A DNA stretch of 64,000 bases from positions 245,818-309,817 of the forward strand of contig JAPJBO010000158.1 in the NCBI GenBank assembly GCA_030068145.1. Direction: 5' to 3'. Positions 37,511 to 51,160 of this stretch are shown here, one piece after another. The stretch's first letter is position 1. Each line of letters begins with the position of its first letter. The stretch comes from Diplonema papillatum (lineage: Eukaryota). Below the pieces are notes generated by a model. It saw only the letters and a program-made list of their open reading frames with translations. It was not told the origin of the DNA and ran no database searches. Made by a program: the position numbers and the translations under genes.

Positions 37511-37928
37511 CAACTTTCTAACACAAAACTCTTATCGACTTTTTTCTCGACTCCCTCAGTGAAACTGAGAGACACGACGCAACCCGTCTTCAGGTGAAGA
37601 TGGAGCAAAATATTGTCGGCTCCCGAGATACCCCGGTTACGAGCACCTCCCAAATAAGTCGACGTAATCTCCATCCTGCGGTATACTTGTGCTTGCAAAA
37701 AGGGGAAGCGTCGCTGCTCAAGCCAGATACGTACTGGAGTGGTCGGCTGACACCGTTTTGCGCACTTCGAAAACCTAGGCACAAATACAGCTCAAAGCAT
37801 CTGCAGAACAACACTAAAAGCCTCCAGGCAAAAGCCCGTTATCACATTTCTTAGGTTGGGTCGGGCAAGTACCGCCTTCTTTCGCTCCCGGTTGCCGTCG
37901 GCGTAGTCGCGGCTGCACTCGAGGGTGG

Positions 37929-38441
37929 GTGGGGGGAAGGGCGGGGGCGATGAATGACAAGGACAGCCGGAAAGCGCTGAACAGCCAATACCTCTCCCTG
38001 GGGAGGATCATCGTCGACCCCCAGCTCATCGCGAGCCAGATCGTCCTTTTGCAGGGCAGTTTCTACCTGATCCTTTCGTTGTTCTTCTTCGTAACGGAAG
38101 GCATGCTGCATCACCGGACGCGGTTCGAGCTCATCTTCAACGCCCGCATCCTCAGCTTCCACACTGTCGACGGAGTCGTCGGAGTCATGACAAATCTCGT
38201 CGCCTCTCTCGTCGGCTCGTGGACTCTACTTGTCGTGGTGGGCCGGTCGAAACAGTGCCTTGACTTCGCGGCGACCCTCTTCTTTTTCCACTTCATCTTG
38301 TGCTGGAAGTTCTACGGGTTTCCCAGCTACCTGTGGTGGTGTCTTACGCTGATCGATGTGTCGAGCATGACGATTGTTAGCGAGTACCTGTGCATGCGTC
38401 AGGAACTTCGAGAGATCCCAATTCAGGTATATCGCATATAA
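37929..38441 (+). CDS. SYS1: Golgi integral membrane protein SYS1 homolog, single exon
   Basis: VDPQLIASQIVLLQGSFY...GRSKQCLDFAATLFFFHFILCW...MTIVSEYLCMRQELREIP is collinear with human SYS1 (WDPLLILSQIVLMQ...RRGKQCLDFTVTVHFFHLLGCW...GEYLCMRTELKEIP). The start may be the second Met, at 37950. Confidence 0.8.
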   Translation: MGGRAGAMNDKDSRKALNSQYLSLGRIIVDPQLIASQIVLLQGSFYLILSLFFFVTEGMLHHRTRFELIFNARILSFHTVDGVVGVMTNLVASLVGSWTLLVVVGRSKQCLDFAATLFFFHFILCWKFYGFPSYLWWCLTLIDVSSMTIVSEYLCMRQELREIPIQVYRI

Positions 38442-38443
38442 GC

Positions 38444-39030
38444 TGTCTCTCTCTCTCTCGTAAGGTACGTGGTAGGGATGCCAACAAGAACACATTCTGG
38501 TGGGTGGAGACGCCCTGCCTGTACCACCGCCCCTGTCCCTCCCAGGGAGCCACCCCGAATCTCGCCTGGCCCACCTGACGGTGGGGCCACACCCTTTGAG
38601 TTGTTTTACGTGTTCTCTTTCTCTCACTCTCGCTCTTGGAAAGTCAGCGCGATAGCAATGACAGCGAGAACACAAAATGACAAGACGGTGGGACCGGGCC
38701 CTGCGACTGCTAAGGCGTGACAAACCCGCCCCTGTCCCTCCCAGGGAGCCACCCCGAATCGGTGGGCCACACCCTTTGAGTTGTTTTACGTGTTCTCTTT
38801 CTCTCACTCTCGCTCTTGGAAAGTCAGCGCGATAGCGATGACAACGAGAACACAAAAATGACAAGAGGGTGGGACCGGGCCCTGCGACTGGTAAGGCGTG
38901 ACAAACCCGCCCCTGTCCCTCCCAGGGAGCCACCCCCGGATCTCTAGCCTGGCCCACCTGACGGTGGGAGCCAACCTGACGGTGGAGGCCCACACCCTAT
39001 GACTTGTTTTGATGTGTTCTCTCTCTCTAT
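38444..39030 (+). repeat. Array of three SINE-like family E units, each with a CT-rich tail, immediately 3' of the SYS1 stop codon
   Basis: Three consecutive units ...TTGTTTTACGTGTTCTCTTTCTCTCACTCTCGCTCTTGGAAAGTCAGCGCGATAGC.ATGACA.CGAGAACAC..., begun by (CT)7 at 38444. Confidence 0.7.
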
Positions 39031-40547
39031 GACGGTTGCTTGCACCAGGGGTTAAGAACAGCTATTCAAGCAGAGCTCATTGCGCGGAGTGAGCTTCCAT
39101 CTTCGGGTGAGGTGTGCCGCCTGTAAATGCGACGAGCCGACGCCAGTGCAGCTGACAACGGAAGACGAAAATAGCAATCTTGCCAGATCCGTTATCAGTC
39201 CCCCCGAAGGATCCCGCCCCTCCCCCTTCGTATGTGTTCGTGGTGTCGCTCACAGGAGTCTTTTTTGGCTAGTCAAAGTGAGACAAAGAGTGAAAGAGTA
39301 CGTACAGTAGTGAGTAGTGAAGAGAACGAGTGTAGAAGAAGTTGGCGGTAGCACAAACTACCGGGCCAGCGGAGACCACCGCAAAAGATTTCTTACTTTC
39401 CCTTATCCCTCAAAAACAGCACCAATAACAACGACCCTCGGAAAGGAGTCACAGGACCCAAAAGCAGCGTGTCGGCAACTCAGAACTGACGAGTGAAAGT
39501 GACAAGTGGGCCACACTTCGCTTCAGGAATGCCTTAGCGTTTCACTTGCTGCTGTCTTCATGAACTGCGCTACTGCGCTTCGCGTGCGCTTCACTTGATA
39601 GTTGCATTTCTCAGAATGCTTCTGCAATTCACTCATTTCAGACTTTGTGTTGCTAAACCCCCAATGACCTGCTGATTGGTCGTTCGCTGAAACATTCCCA
39701 CAATGAATCGTAAACGTTACCCACTTCAAGCCGTGCACTTAAACACGCATCCACAGAACCCCGACGAGCGGCATGGGCAGCAAGCGAAGATCGTGCAACA
39801 GAAGGAACGCGAACTTGCTAGTCGAGCAGCTGCATCACTGGAGGACGCTCACGACCTTCTCTAGCTGGTCGTTTTTTGAAGGGTGTCTTTCACATCCGCC
39901 TTCGTCACCCCCTCGCATGCTAAGTGAAATGCGGCTAAGCTGCGCAAGGCACCGCGGGTTGGACATTCACCCCAAGTAATCCGCGACCATTGACGGCTTT
40001 CACCGCGGGTCACCGGCATTCCAGTCGCCGCGGCAGTGCCCCCGAGCTTAGTTGACCGACGCGGTTAGTTACCAGTCAGTCTTGCGGCGTGTACATTCGT
40101 TCCTCTTGTTCGTTCCTTTTGTCTAGCCTCCTGTGTTTCCCTCTAATCGTTTGCAGAGGCGCGAGGCTCCTACCGCCGGGTTTGCCTTGCTCTGGCGCAG
40201 CGAGCACACCCTCTTTCCGTAATTCTGCGAATCTGTTGGCGCGTGAGTCTTTTGGGCCGCGCGAGTTTATTCCGTTTTTCACCTTTCCACCTTTTCCGCG
40301 TTTGGAACCGCTGACTTCGCAAAGCAATTGGGACCGTTTAAAGCGAAACGTGCTGAGAACGAAGGGAGCGTGCTTGCCAGTGAAGTCTGGGAGTCAAGTG
40401 GTACGGGTCTCACGACGAAGGAGATTGCTGCGAGGCATCGGGGGAATAACACGAGGCATACCGAGCACCAAGGGATTCGTGCTATCATGCAGGGTCAAAA
40501 CCTTGTGTCTTTTTGGTAAACGCTGCCGCGGGGCCGACTTTTTTTGA

Positions 40548-40850
40548 TTTTTTTTTACATAAGCGCCAGCTTGAAAGGAAATGCTCGACGATGCTGCCCG
40601 ACAAAGAGCAGAAGGGATCCAAAGTGCTGTAACTACCGAACCACGTGTTGAACGGACGTGAGGTCATGCGGGTCTTCCCCTACACCACACAAACACAACA
40701 GGTCAAAAGTCCTGAGTGAGAAAACAACACACGGTGGTGTAGGCGAAGAACAAATCAGATTGTGTTTGTATTGTATTTGCCCCTTACCTCTATATTTCCC
40801 CCCTTCCATTCGGAGTCGAAGCAGATACGTCGAGTATTTTTGCTCAACTT
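40548..40850 (+). repeat. SINE-like family A copy preceded by T9
   Basis: TTTTTTTTTACATAAGCGCCAGCTTGAAAGGAAATGCTCGACGATGCTGCCC...GCAGATACGTCGAGTATTTTT. Confidence 0.75.
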
Positions 40851-41366
40851 CATCAAAAATCACCGCAGTATTTGCTCCATTTTTTTCTAAACCCAAATTT
40901 TGTGCGATAACCAGTAACCACCTTAGTGAGCATACTTCTTGTTGTCTACTTTGTTTTTTTTTTGGGTCTAAACCCCTGTTACCAAAAAGACACACGGTTT
41001 TGACCCTGCATGATACCGAGCACCAAGGGATTCGTGCTATCTGAGAGATGACTTTTTGCTGATCCGTGCATCCAGACGACATATGTTTGGCGTTGACAGT
41101 TCGTCACCAACCGCCTCTACCTTTCTCCGGGTTCCCCTGCGCTCTTGACCTTCAGAACATTGGAATGCGTCGCTGTTCCTTAAGGACGTATGCCGCCCCC
41201 CGCGGCGGCGCAACAAACGCGTTCTATCTGCTGTGACGTAGACACGGAGTGGTAGTCGAAGGCCTGACAATCACACTAATGCATCAAAATTACACACTCA
41301 AGATGGGGACCGCAAGGGGGAAGCAACCACGCTGGAGGCGACTCATCGAGAATCGTCCCCCGCACA

Positions 41367-41686
41367 ATGCACCTCTGCTGGGGGTGCCTGCACCCGTTCA
41401 CTGAACCAACGGTGCAGCAGCTCGACATCCCGGACCAACTCCACGGCGCTTTCGAGGCCCTTCGCATGCACCTGGCCTCACTGAATGATGCCAAGTCGCT
41501 GTCCACAGGGCACCGGTTCAACACACTGACCGCGCAAATTCAGGCATCCCTCGTGCAGCTGATGAAACGTGTCGAGCACGAGTTCACAGAGCAGAGCAGC
41601 ACGATAGCCAGGCTCAAGGCAGAGCGCGAGGTGCTGTTCAACGCCGAATACCTTAATTCTGCAAACGGTATGCCTGCGCCGTTGCT
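41367..41686 (+). CDS. Exon of unknown coiled-coil protein (donor AAC|GGTATGCCTGCG)
   Basis: ORF ...LASLNDAKSLSTGHRFNTLTAQIQASLVQLMKRVEHEFTEQSSTIARLKAEREVLFNAEYLNSAN, followed by a GTATGC-type donor like other introns here. No homolog recognised. Confidence 0.35.
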
Positions 41687-43429
41687 CAGCAGTTGTTTAA
41701 TAAACCACTCAGGTTCCTGTTGTTCGGTGGTCTACTTATCACCGCAACTGCTTTTACCGGCTTTTCGATACCCTACCCACCTCAAATAGTCAGCCGGAGA
41801 CTCGGCTTCTTAAAACTTGAAGTAGTCCACAAGCTGTATCCGACCATGTTCCACCACAGAAAAGAGCGTCGCCGCAGAGATGCCGAAGAGGCAGGGGCAC
41901 GGGGCCAAAGGGCAGCACAAAAGCCACCTGCGGCTGGTGAGCGCGCGCGGGCTCAACGACAACCCGGCCCCCGGCAGGATCGCCCGGACGGACGAGACGA
42001 GGGCTGATTCAGCCGCCGCGCACCCGAAGAGCGAGGAGAAGGGCACCCCGCGGCAGGCGCAGTCCGCGAGCACCTGCGGCGGCGCCGGGGGAACGGGGCT
42101 GCTGCCTGACTGGCCGGTGTCGCTCTCGCGACCGGCGTCTGCCTACGTGTCGAAGGTGCGGTCCGTGTCGCCCGATCTTCGGCCGCTGACGAACAGGTTT
42201 GCGCCTTCAATTTTTTTTGTATAAGCACCTGCTTTGTAGGAAATACTTGAGGAGGCTGCCAGTTGCAAAAGATCAAAGGAGGTAAATGTGCTGTAGCCCA
42301 CACGAAACACAGGTGAATCTGGGTTTAGTGGCGGGCGTAAGCGTTCAACAAAAAAGACCCATTTCGTAGTTGTATTGTTTCTCCCCCTCTAGCCTCCTTC
42401 GAAGTAAACACAAGGCAGCCCCTCGAGTATTTTGTGTCTAACAAATGCAATTTGCCAAGCACAAAAACCGATCGATGGCTCGCCCGACGATCCCTCACTC
42501 CCGTTAGATGAATAGATGAACAGTCCCCGTGAGTGCGCACAAAAAGGAAACCCCAGATCTGTTTTTCATGGCCGGACTTCATCCGAGATAACGAAAAGCA
42601 GAACGTCTCAACTGCTCAAGACGAAAACCTTCCCCTACGCATTTCTTCCTCTGATTCATTCAAATGCGGCCGGAAGGGAAATAAGTCTGAGGGGAACCCC
42701 CGCGAAGGTTCGCGTTTGCACGTCAGAGATTTCATCCTGAGACCGTAGCAAGGCGAGTGGCTGAGAAACCATTCAACAAGCCTGTCCTCATCCATCAAGG
42801 TGATTGCGTGGGGGGATCACGGACTTGGCTCACCCGACGATGACGGAATTGACCACGGGTAAGGACCTCGGGTGCAAGCAGCTTCAATTGACTTGGGCAC
42901 GAGTATCTTTTAGTACTAACAATCTTGTGGGTTGCCCTTCGTGCAGGCTGTAAAACAGCGTGTTTTGGTGGTTGATCAGAATTCCCTGCATATACACAGG
43001 GTGGATACAAGTGGGAAAACAAACAAAACGAAGCGCCTGTCTTTTTTGGATTGCCACACGCGAATGAGATGAACCTTTCTCTCTCTCTCTCTCTTCACAC
43101 TCTCTTACCCGCAGGTTTGGGAAAGAAGTTTATCATCCCGATCGGCCGCAGACAGCAGCACCGATGGCCAACTCGGGATCTGTCACGACTACGTTGATGA
43201 CAAGCTTGTTTCTGGTGACAGAGTCTGTAGTTACTCAGTTGTTTGCGGAGCGAGGCATTCTGTGGTGCCGCTGTCAAGGTATTCATTGTCGTTTTCGAGC
43301 GAGGAAACTCCACATCCCCACCCTTGTGTACCAAGATCGTTGAGCGAATCTGCGAACACGCTGCCAGCGTTCTCTTGCGAGTGTACAATGATTTGTCATG
43401 CTGGTGCTACGTAGCACCATGCTTGTAGG

Positions 43430-43745
43430 TCTGTACATACAACCCACCATCCACTAGCAGCTAGTGTGGTATCGTGGTATGCTGGTGGTATCCACAGCAC
43501 CTACGTCATACCATCACCCCGTAGGTATCAGGGATACGGATTAGGTGGTATATGGTCCTTGGACCATTCCACCATACTCGTGGGTGTACACACAACCCAC
43601 TGGCACCTATCGTGGTATCGTGGTATCGTGGTATCGTGGTATCCACAGCACCTACGTACCATCCACCTCCTCGGTATCAGGGATGCTGAGTAGGTAGCAG
43701 CAGGTCCTCAGGACCACCAACCTACCATCCACTAGCAGCTAGGGC
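43430..43745. repeat. Tandem repeat, about 125 bp x2, with internal (GGTATCGT)n
   Basis: CATCCACTAGCAGCTAG...GGTATCGTGGTATCGTGG...CCACAGCACCTACGT is repeated. Confidence 0.6.
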
Positions 43746-44219
43746 GGTTTGCGAAAAAACCCATGAATCATGACCAGGCTCCCTCGCACCCGCCCGCAGC
43801 TCCGCCATCGCTCCGCTTTGGAAACCGCAGACCATCGCAGCAGATCAGCAGCTATTGTAAGTGAACTATTACGAACAAACAATGAACGCCGTCACCAGGC
43901 AACTGACTGAGCGAATATCGCCGGAAACAACCCCCGCGAACAGGGAGTTCCGTAACGGAGTCGGGAGACGAGCTCGTGGCGTGCGTGACGATAGGACCGA
44001 CAAAGGCGGGGCCGCCGATGCGGAAGTCGACGACGGACGGCGTCGTCGGCGCGACGGTTTGCACGGGGATCGCGATCAACATCGGCACCGACCACCAAGA
44101 CGAGGTGCACGCCGAGCCGGACGCGGAGGCGCGCGACGCGGCGGAGACGGCCGTGCCGGCAGGCCGCCTGGACGCAGCGGCACCCGCGGCGGCGAAATCG
44201 CTGAAGCCCGCGCCTCGGG

Positions 44220-44411
44220 ATGTCGAGTGCAACATGCTCCTGGTGCCCGTGTACCTGCAGTACAAGGCGTTCGCGCGGGTGTCGGTGGGCGTCCTGCAGC
44301 TCATCAACAAAACCGGGGCGGCGGCGGGCGCCTCGTTCTCGGAATCGGACGAAGTCGTGGCCTTGGGCGCTGCCAACATCTTGTCGCACATTCTCAGCAG
44401 CTACAAAGGTG
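44220..44411 (+). CDS. GAF-domain-like exon of an unresolved multi-exon gene
   Basis: ...DVECNMLLVPVYLQYKAFARVSVGVLQLINKTGAAAGASFSESDEVVALGAANILSHILSSYK| then GTGTGT. The pattern (V.GVLQL.NK....F.E.DE..L..LA.Q.A) is typical of the C-terminal half of a GAF domain. The 5' limit and other exons are uncertain. A possible terminal coiled-coil exon is 46365-46643 (...LQAALDELRSELNTIKQQMV...). Confidence 0.4.
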
Positions 44412-44949
44412 TGTGCCGACACCCCCGTTTACGGTGCCGCTGGGCGTGGACGTGGGGTCCCGGCGAGTTCAGGTTTCAAACGCGGGGTCTTCCCCCTTTT
44501 CGGAGGGGCGGGGTTGAATTGTCGGAGCACTCTTTGTATCCACCGCAACGAGCGAAATCGGGGCCGTGTTATCCAGGAATCTTTTTTTGACTGTACGTAA
44601 ATCCGGGGGCGAGGGAATACTCCAACTCGACAAAAAACAATTTGGTGATCGTCTTGGTGGGCGTTGATACGCCCAAACCATTCCTTTCATCCCGCTCGCA
44701 AGTTCGTTAGTTGTTAGGTTGAATTGGCTTCACACTTTCCCTTTGATGTCATGCGTGTTGTGCCTCAGCATTTGGTGATATCTGACCAACCAAGCAAAGG
44801 ACAAGGAGTGTTCGTCACAATTCCCCGTCTGGACTACATGCCGTCCAAAAGGCCCCCTCCGAAGCTGGTGCAATGCTGCCTCTCTCTCCCTGGCGTGTTT
44901 CCCACGAGGGACTGAACATCTGACCTTCTCGAACGCATTTCGTACATTT

Positions 44950-45270
44950 TAACATTTATAAACCAGATTGTCTAATACGCGTTCATTGACACAGCACTGC
45001 GTCCTTTGACGTTGATTGGCACAGCACTGCGTCCTTTGACGTTGATTGGCACAGCACTGCGTCCTTTGACGTTGATTGGCACAGCACTGCGTCCTTTGAC
45101 GTTGATTGGCACAGCACTGCGTCCTTTGACGTTGATTGGCACAGCACTGCGTCCTTTGACGTTCATTAGCACAGCACTGCGTGCCTTTGACGTTGATTGG
45201 CACAGCACTGCGTCCTTTGACGTTCATTGGCACAGCACTGCGTCCTTTGACGTTGTGGTGATCCTGTTCC
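44950..45270. repeat. Tandem repeat, 31 bp unit x about 9 (GCACAGCACTGCGTCCTTTGACGTTGATTGG)
   Basis: Seen in sequence. It yields repetitive pseudo-ORFs on both strands. Confidence 0.8.
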
Positions 45271-47699
45271 AGGTGCGCCAAGAACTTCGGCGCCGCCCAG
45301 TACAGCAGAGGGCCCGCGATGGCCGCAGCAAAAATTGATCAAACATTGCAGGTATCCTTACTCCGGGGCTGAAAAAGGCCTTCGTTCCGAGCTTCATCGC
45401 GTCGAAAACGACTCCTCTCAGCGGGAGGGTGAAGGATGACGACAGAAGTGGTCGTCTGCCGAATTGCATTTTGAGCCATACACCTCCGATGCTGATCCAT
45501 CGTACCGGTGACGTTGGGTTTGTAGCAAAAGCGGAGCTTCTCAAAACGCAACGCGAAGTTACAGTGCACGGCCGAGTGAAAGAGCTGAATCGTTTCCAGT
45601 CTACGCTTGACGTGGCTTGGAAGCAGACGGTTGCATCGTTGGCCGACGCGGAAGGAAAGAAGGTGTATTTTTTTGCCTACTCTTCCTTTCGGTAGGTTTA
45701 GGTTTCTTTTGGGGGATCGGTCCGCAGGTACCAGGGAAAGCCTGGAGCTAACTTTGACTCAACGGATCCAGCTGCTGCCCCATCCCGTTGTGCCTTCGAA
45801 GCTGAGAAAATGGCTGCAAGAGAAGCCCGGGGCTCAGGTTTTTAACAGAGTACGATTTGCCCTTTTCCATCGGCTGGCGCACGCCCATCTGGCGGTCTTG
45901 CCCACCGATCCCCCAGAAGAGAGAGAAGAAGCCCGCTCCTGGTCCAGGAACGTGACGGTCAACCACAACTTGCAAAGCTTGAGTCGGAGGCAGCACAGTG
46001 CCACAACCCCCGTCGTTCTGCCCTGTGACTGACCGTCTCGACGAGGTTGTGTTCAGCGCGAGCGCCAAGCTCCAAGGTGCGCTACGCCTTGATGCTTTAG
46101 TTTGGGAAATTGGTACCACTTGACCCGTGGGCCCGTGGCTCTGCAGTACCGCCGAACACGTGAAGCTTGGCTTCCTGTACCGTCTGTACGGCTGGTCTTC
46201 AGCGCGAGTCCAACGCCCCGCCTTGGTACTTCTGTTTGAAACGTTCTTGATCCGAAGGCCCATGATGCCGGTACTGTGCCGAATTCGCGAAGCTTGGCTT
46301 TGCGTGCTGTGGTTATTTGTATCGTTACACTCTTGACCCGGAGCGAGCTTCTCTCTCTTCTCCGTCGCAGACACAACTCCACAACGACACACAGGCGACC
46401 CTGCAAGCCGCCTTGGACGAGCTTCGATCGGAGCTGAACACGATCAAGCAGCAAATGGTCAGCAACCGGCGTCCGACGTTTTTCACGGAAACCGTCGGCG
46501 GCCTGCCGTCAAGCGCCGTGCCGCAGCCGCCAGCTCGGTCCAATTCGAGACTGCGCAAGTCGTCTCGTCCAATAGCAGCCCGCCCCAGCCCAAGGCGACC
46601 TAGCATGGCACACACATACACCGCGTTTCAATCGTCTGCGTGACGATTCGCCACGCGGGACGGACGGAACGACAGGATTGGATCCTGCGGGATTAGATTG
46701 AACAGCAACTGTCCCCTCACGGTCGGGGCGTGAGTCTCGATATTGTTGCAGGGGGGTCGAACTTAGTTCGGTGGTTACTTGTACACTACCGAACTAAGAA
46801 GAAGTTGTTCGCTGAGAGCGAGCTCTATATGTCTGCATTGCAATGCCCAGACGCTTGCTTTGCAAACAGCGTCGGCGAAACTAAGAACTATGTTTGCTGC
46901 GCTGCCGTTGGAACAGACCCGGGCCTCACTTTGCTTCCAGGAACGACGGCAGCGACATCGACAGCGGCGACGTCGCGAGAACGCACCGAAGAACCCGCGC
47001 ATACACACAGCAACAATCCATCCCTCGCGCGGGGAGGGACGGCCGTGGAACCCTCCCCGGGACGACAAAGGCGGGGGGGAGCTGGGGGCAGGGAAGTAGC
47101 GAAGTTCGCGAACGGTGACCCCTCCGAACAGCTTCTCTTGGCCCTGGCCCACGCCGGATGCCGCAATCCCTGAACCCGGGCGGCGGCGCTTTGGCATGAA
47201 CCAGGCACCTCAAGGGTAGCAGCGCGAGAGGCATCATCCACGCTGCAAGGGCCCACTCATTTATTGCTCCCAGTAACCACGCTGACACACACAGTGTTGC
47301 TCAATTACAATTTGTCGACCAGCTATCCCGAACGAATACATGCAGCACAGTGGGCGCTGACAGTTGAGTTTGGCCAAGAGTTAGACCAAGCCTTGGTCGT
47401 GTCATGTTCCCGACTTCCTCGTGATTACATGAGAAGCGTGCTGGCGCGTTCAACGTTAAATCGGAAATTGCCGTTCTTGTGTTGCGCCAAAAGCCCAAGC
47501 AGCTTTCCAGCTGCGAAGGCAGCAAGTTATGTTCCGTTCCGAAAAACGAAATTGCCCCCTCATCCTCATGCCCTGCGCGTCATCCGAACCCGCGGAACCC
47601 ACGCGGGGCCAGTGCATGCTTTTGTTGGCCTGTGCTAGTCAGAAACAATTCAAGTTCTATCCTTCAGGAATTGACTCCTCATACGAGACGAGAAGGCCG

Positions 47700-47949
47700 C
47701 CGCGTACAACTCGCTGAAGCTGAGCGCAGGAGATCAAGCAGCGGAGAAAGAAGAGGGCCCGCGCGTTACAAGGCGGCGATCCTCCGCGAGACGAGCTCAC
47801 CCGCCGGCCAGAGCGCCCGCTGCAGCACCAACTCCGGTGCCGCCACTCACTGTACGCCCGCCGTAGCAGCACGAAGAGAAGTGAGGAGACCAGAAACTCC
47901 CGGAGAGATGGTCCCTGCACTCCAACTCCTCTCTCTCTCTCTCTCTCGG
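47700..47949 (+). mobile_element. 3' terminal fragment of the (CT)n-tailed LINE family
   Basis: ...AAGAAGAGGGCCCGCGCGTTACAAGGCGGCGATCCTCCGCGAGACGAGCT.ACCCGCCGGCCAGAGCGCCCGCTGCAGCACCAACTCCGGTGC...GAAGAGAAGTGAGGAGACC.GAAACTCCCGGAGAGATGGTCCCTGCACTCCAACTC(CT)n is homologous to 50575-50825. Confidence 0.7.
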
Positions 47950-48123
47950 GAAAGGTCAACGCAGTAGCGGTGACCACGAGAACACATACAGGTGGGTGGG
48001 GAGAGGCCCTGGGACTGCTAAGGCGTGACTAACCCCGTCCCTGTCCCTCCCAGGGAGCCACCCCGGAACTAGCCTAGCCCACCTGACGGTGGGGGCCCAC
48101 CTGACGGTGGAGGCTCACACCCT
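47950..48123 (+). repeat. SINE-like family E copy, directly following a LINE (CT) tail and preceding the long (CT)n tract
   Basis: GGGAAAGGTCAACGCAGTAGCGGTGACCACGAGAACACATACAGGTGGGTGGGGAGAGGCCCTGGGACTGCTAAGGCGTGAC...TTGTTTTGATGTGTT(CT)n. Confidence 0.7.
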
Positions 48124-50825
<2,702 letters not shown>

Positions 50826-51160
50826 TGATAATTGTCACAGGGTTGGTGAAATGAAAGCGAGAATGTGGGGTAAGCCCTGGTTATTAGATTCACGGTTAAA
50901 CGAAGCTAGCGCACAAGGTTTGCCTGATCTCGCACCTACTTTCCGATACCAAATAGATGCTCTATTCAAACTCGGAAAAGGTCGCGTTGGCAGAAACGGT
51001 GAAGATGATAATTGTCACAGGGTTGGTGAAATGAAAGCGAGAATGTGGAATAAAAATCCCTGGATGTGAAACTCAAAGAGCTGAGATCCCGCTGCCTCCG
51101 GGTCTCGCAAAGAATAGCGCTATCAGGAGCGCAAATACAAAACTTCCGAGGTAAACATCC

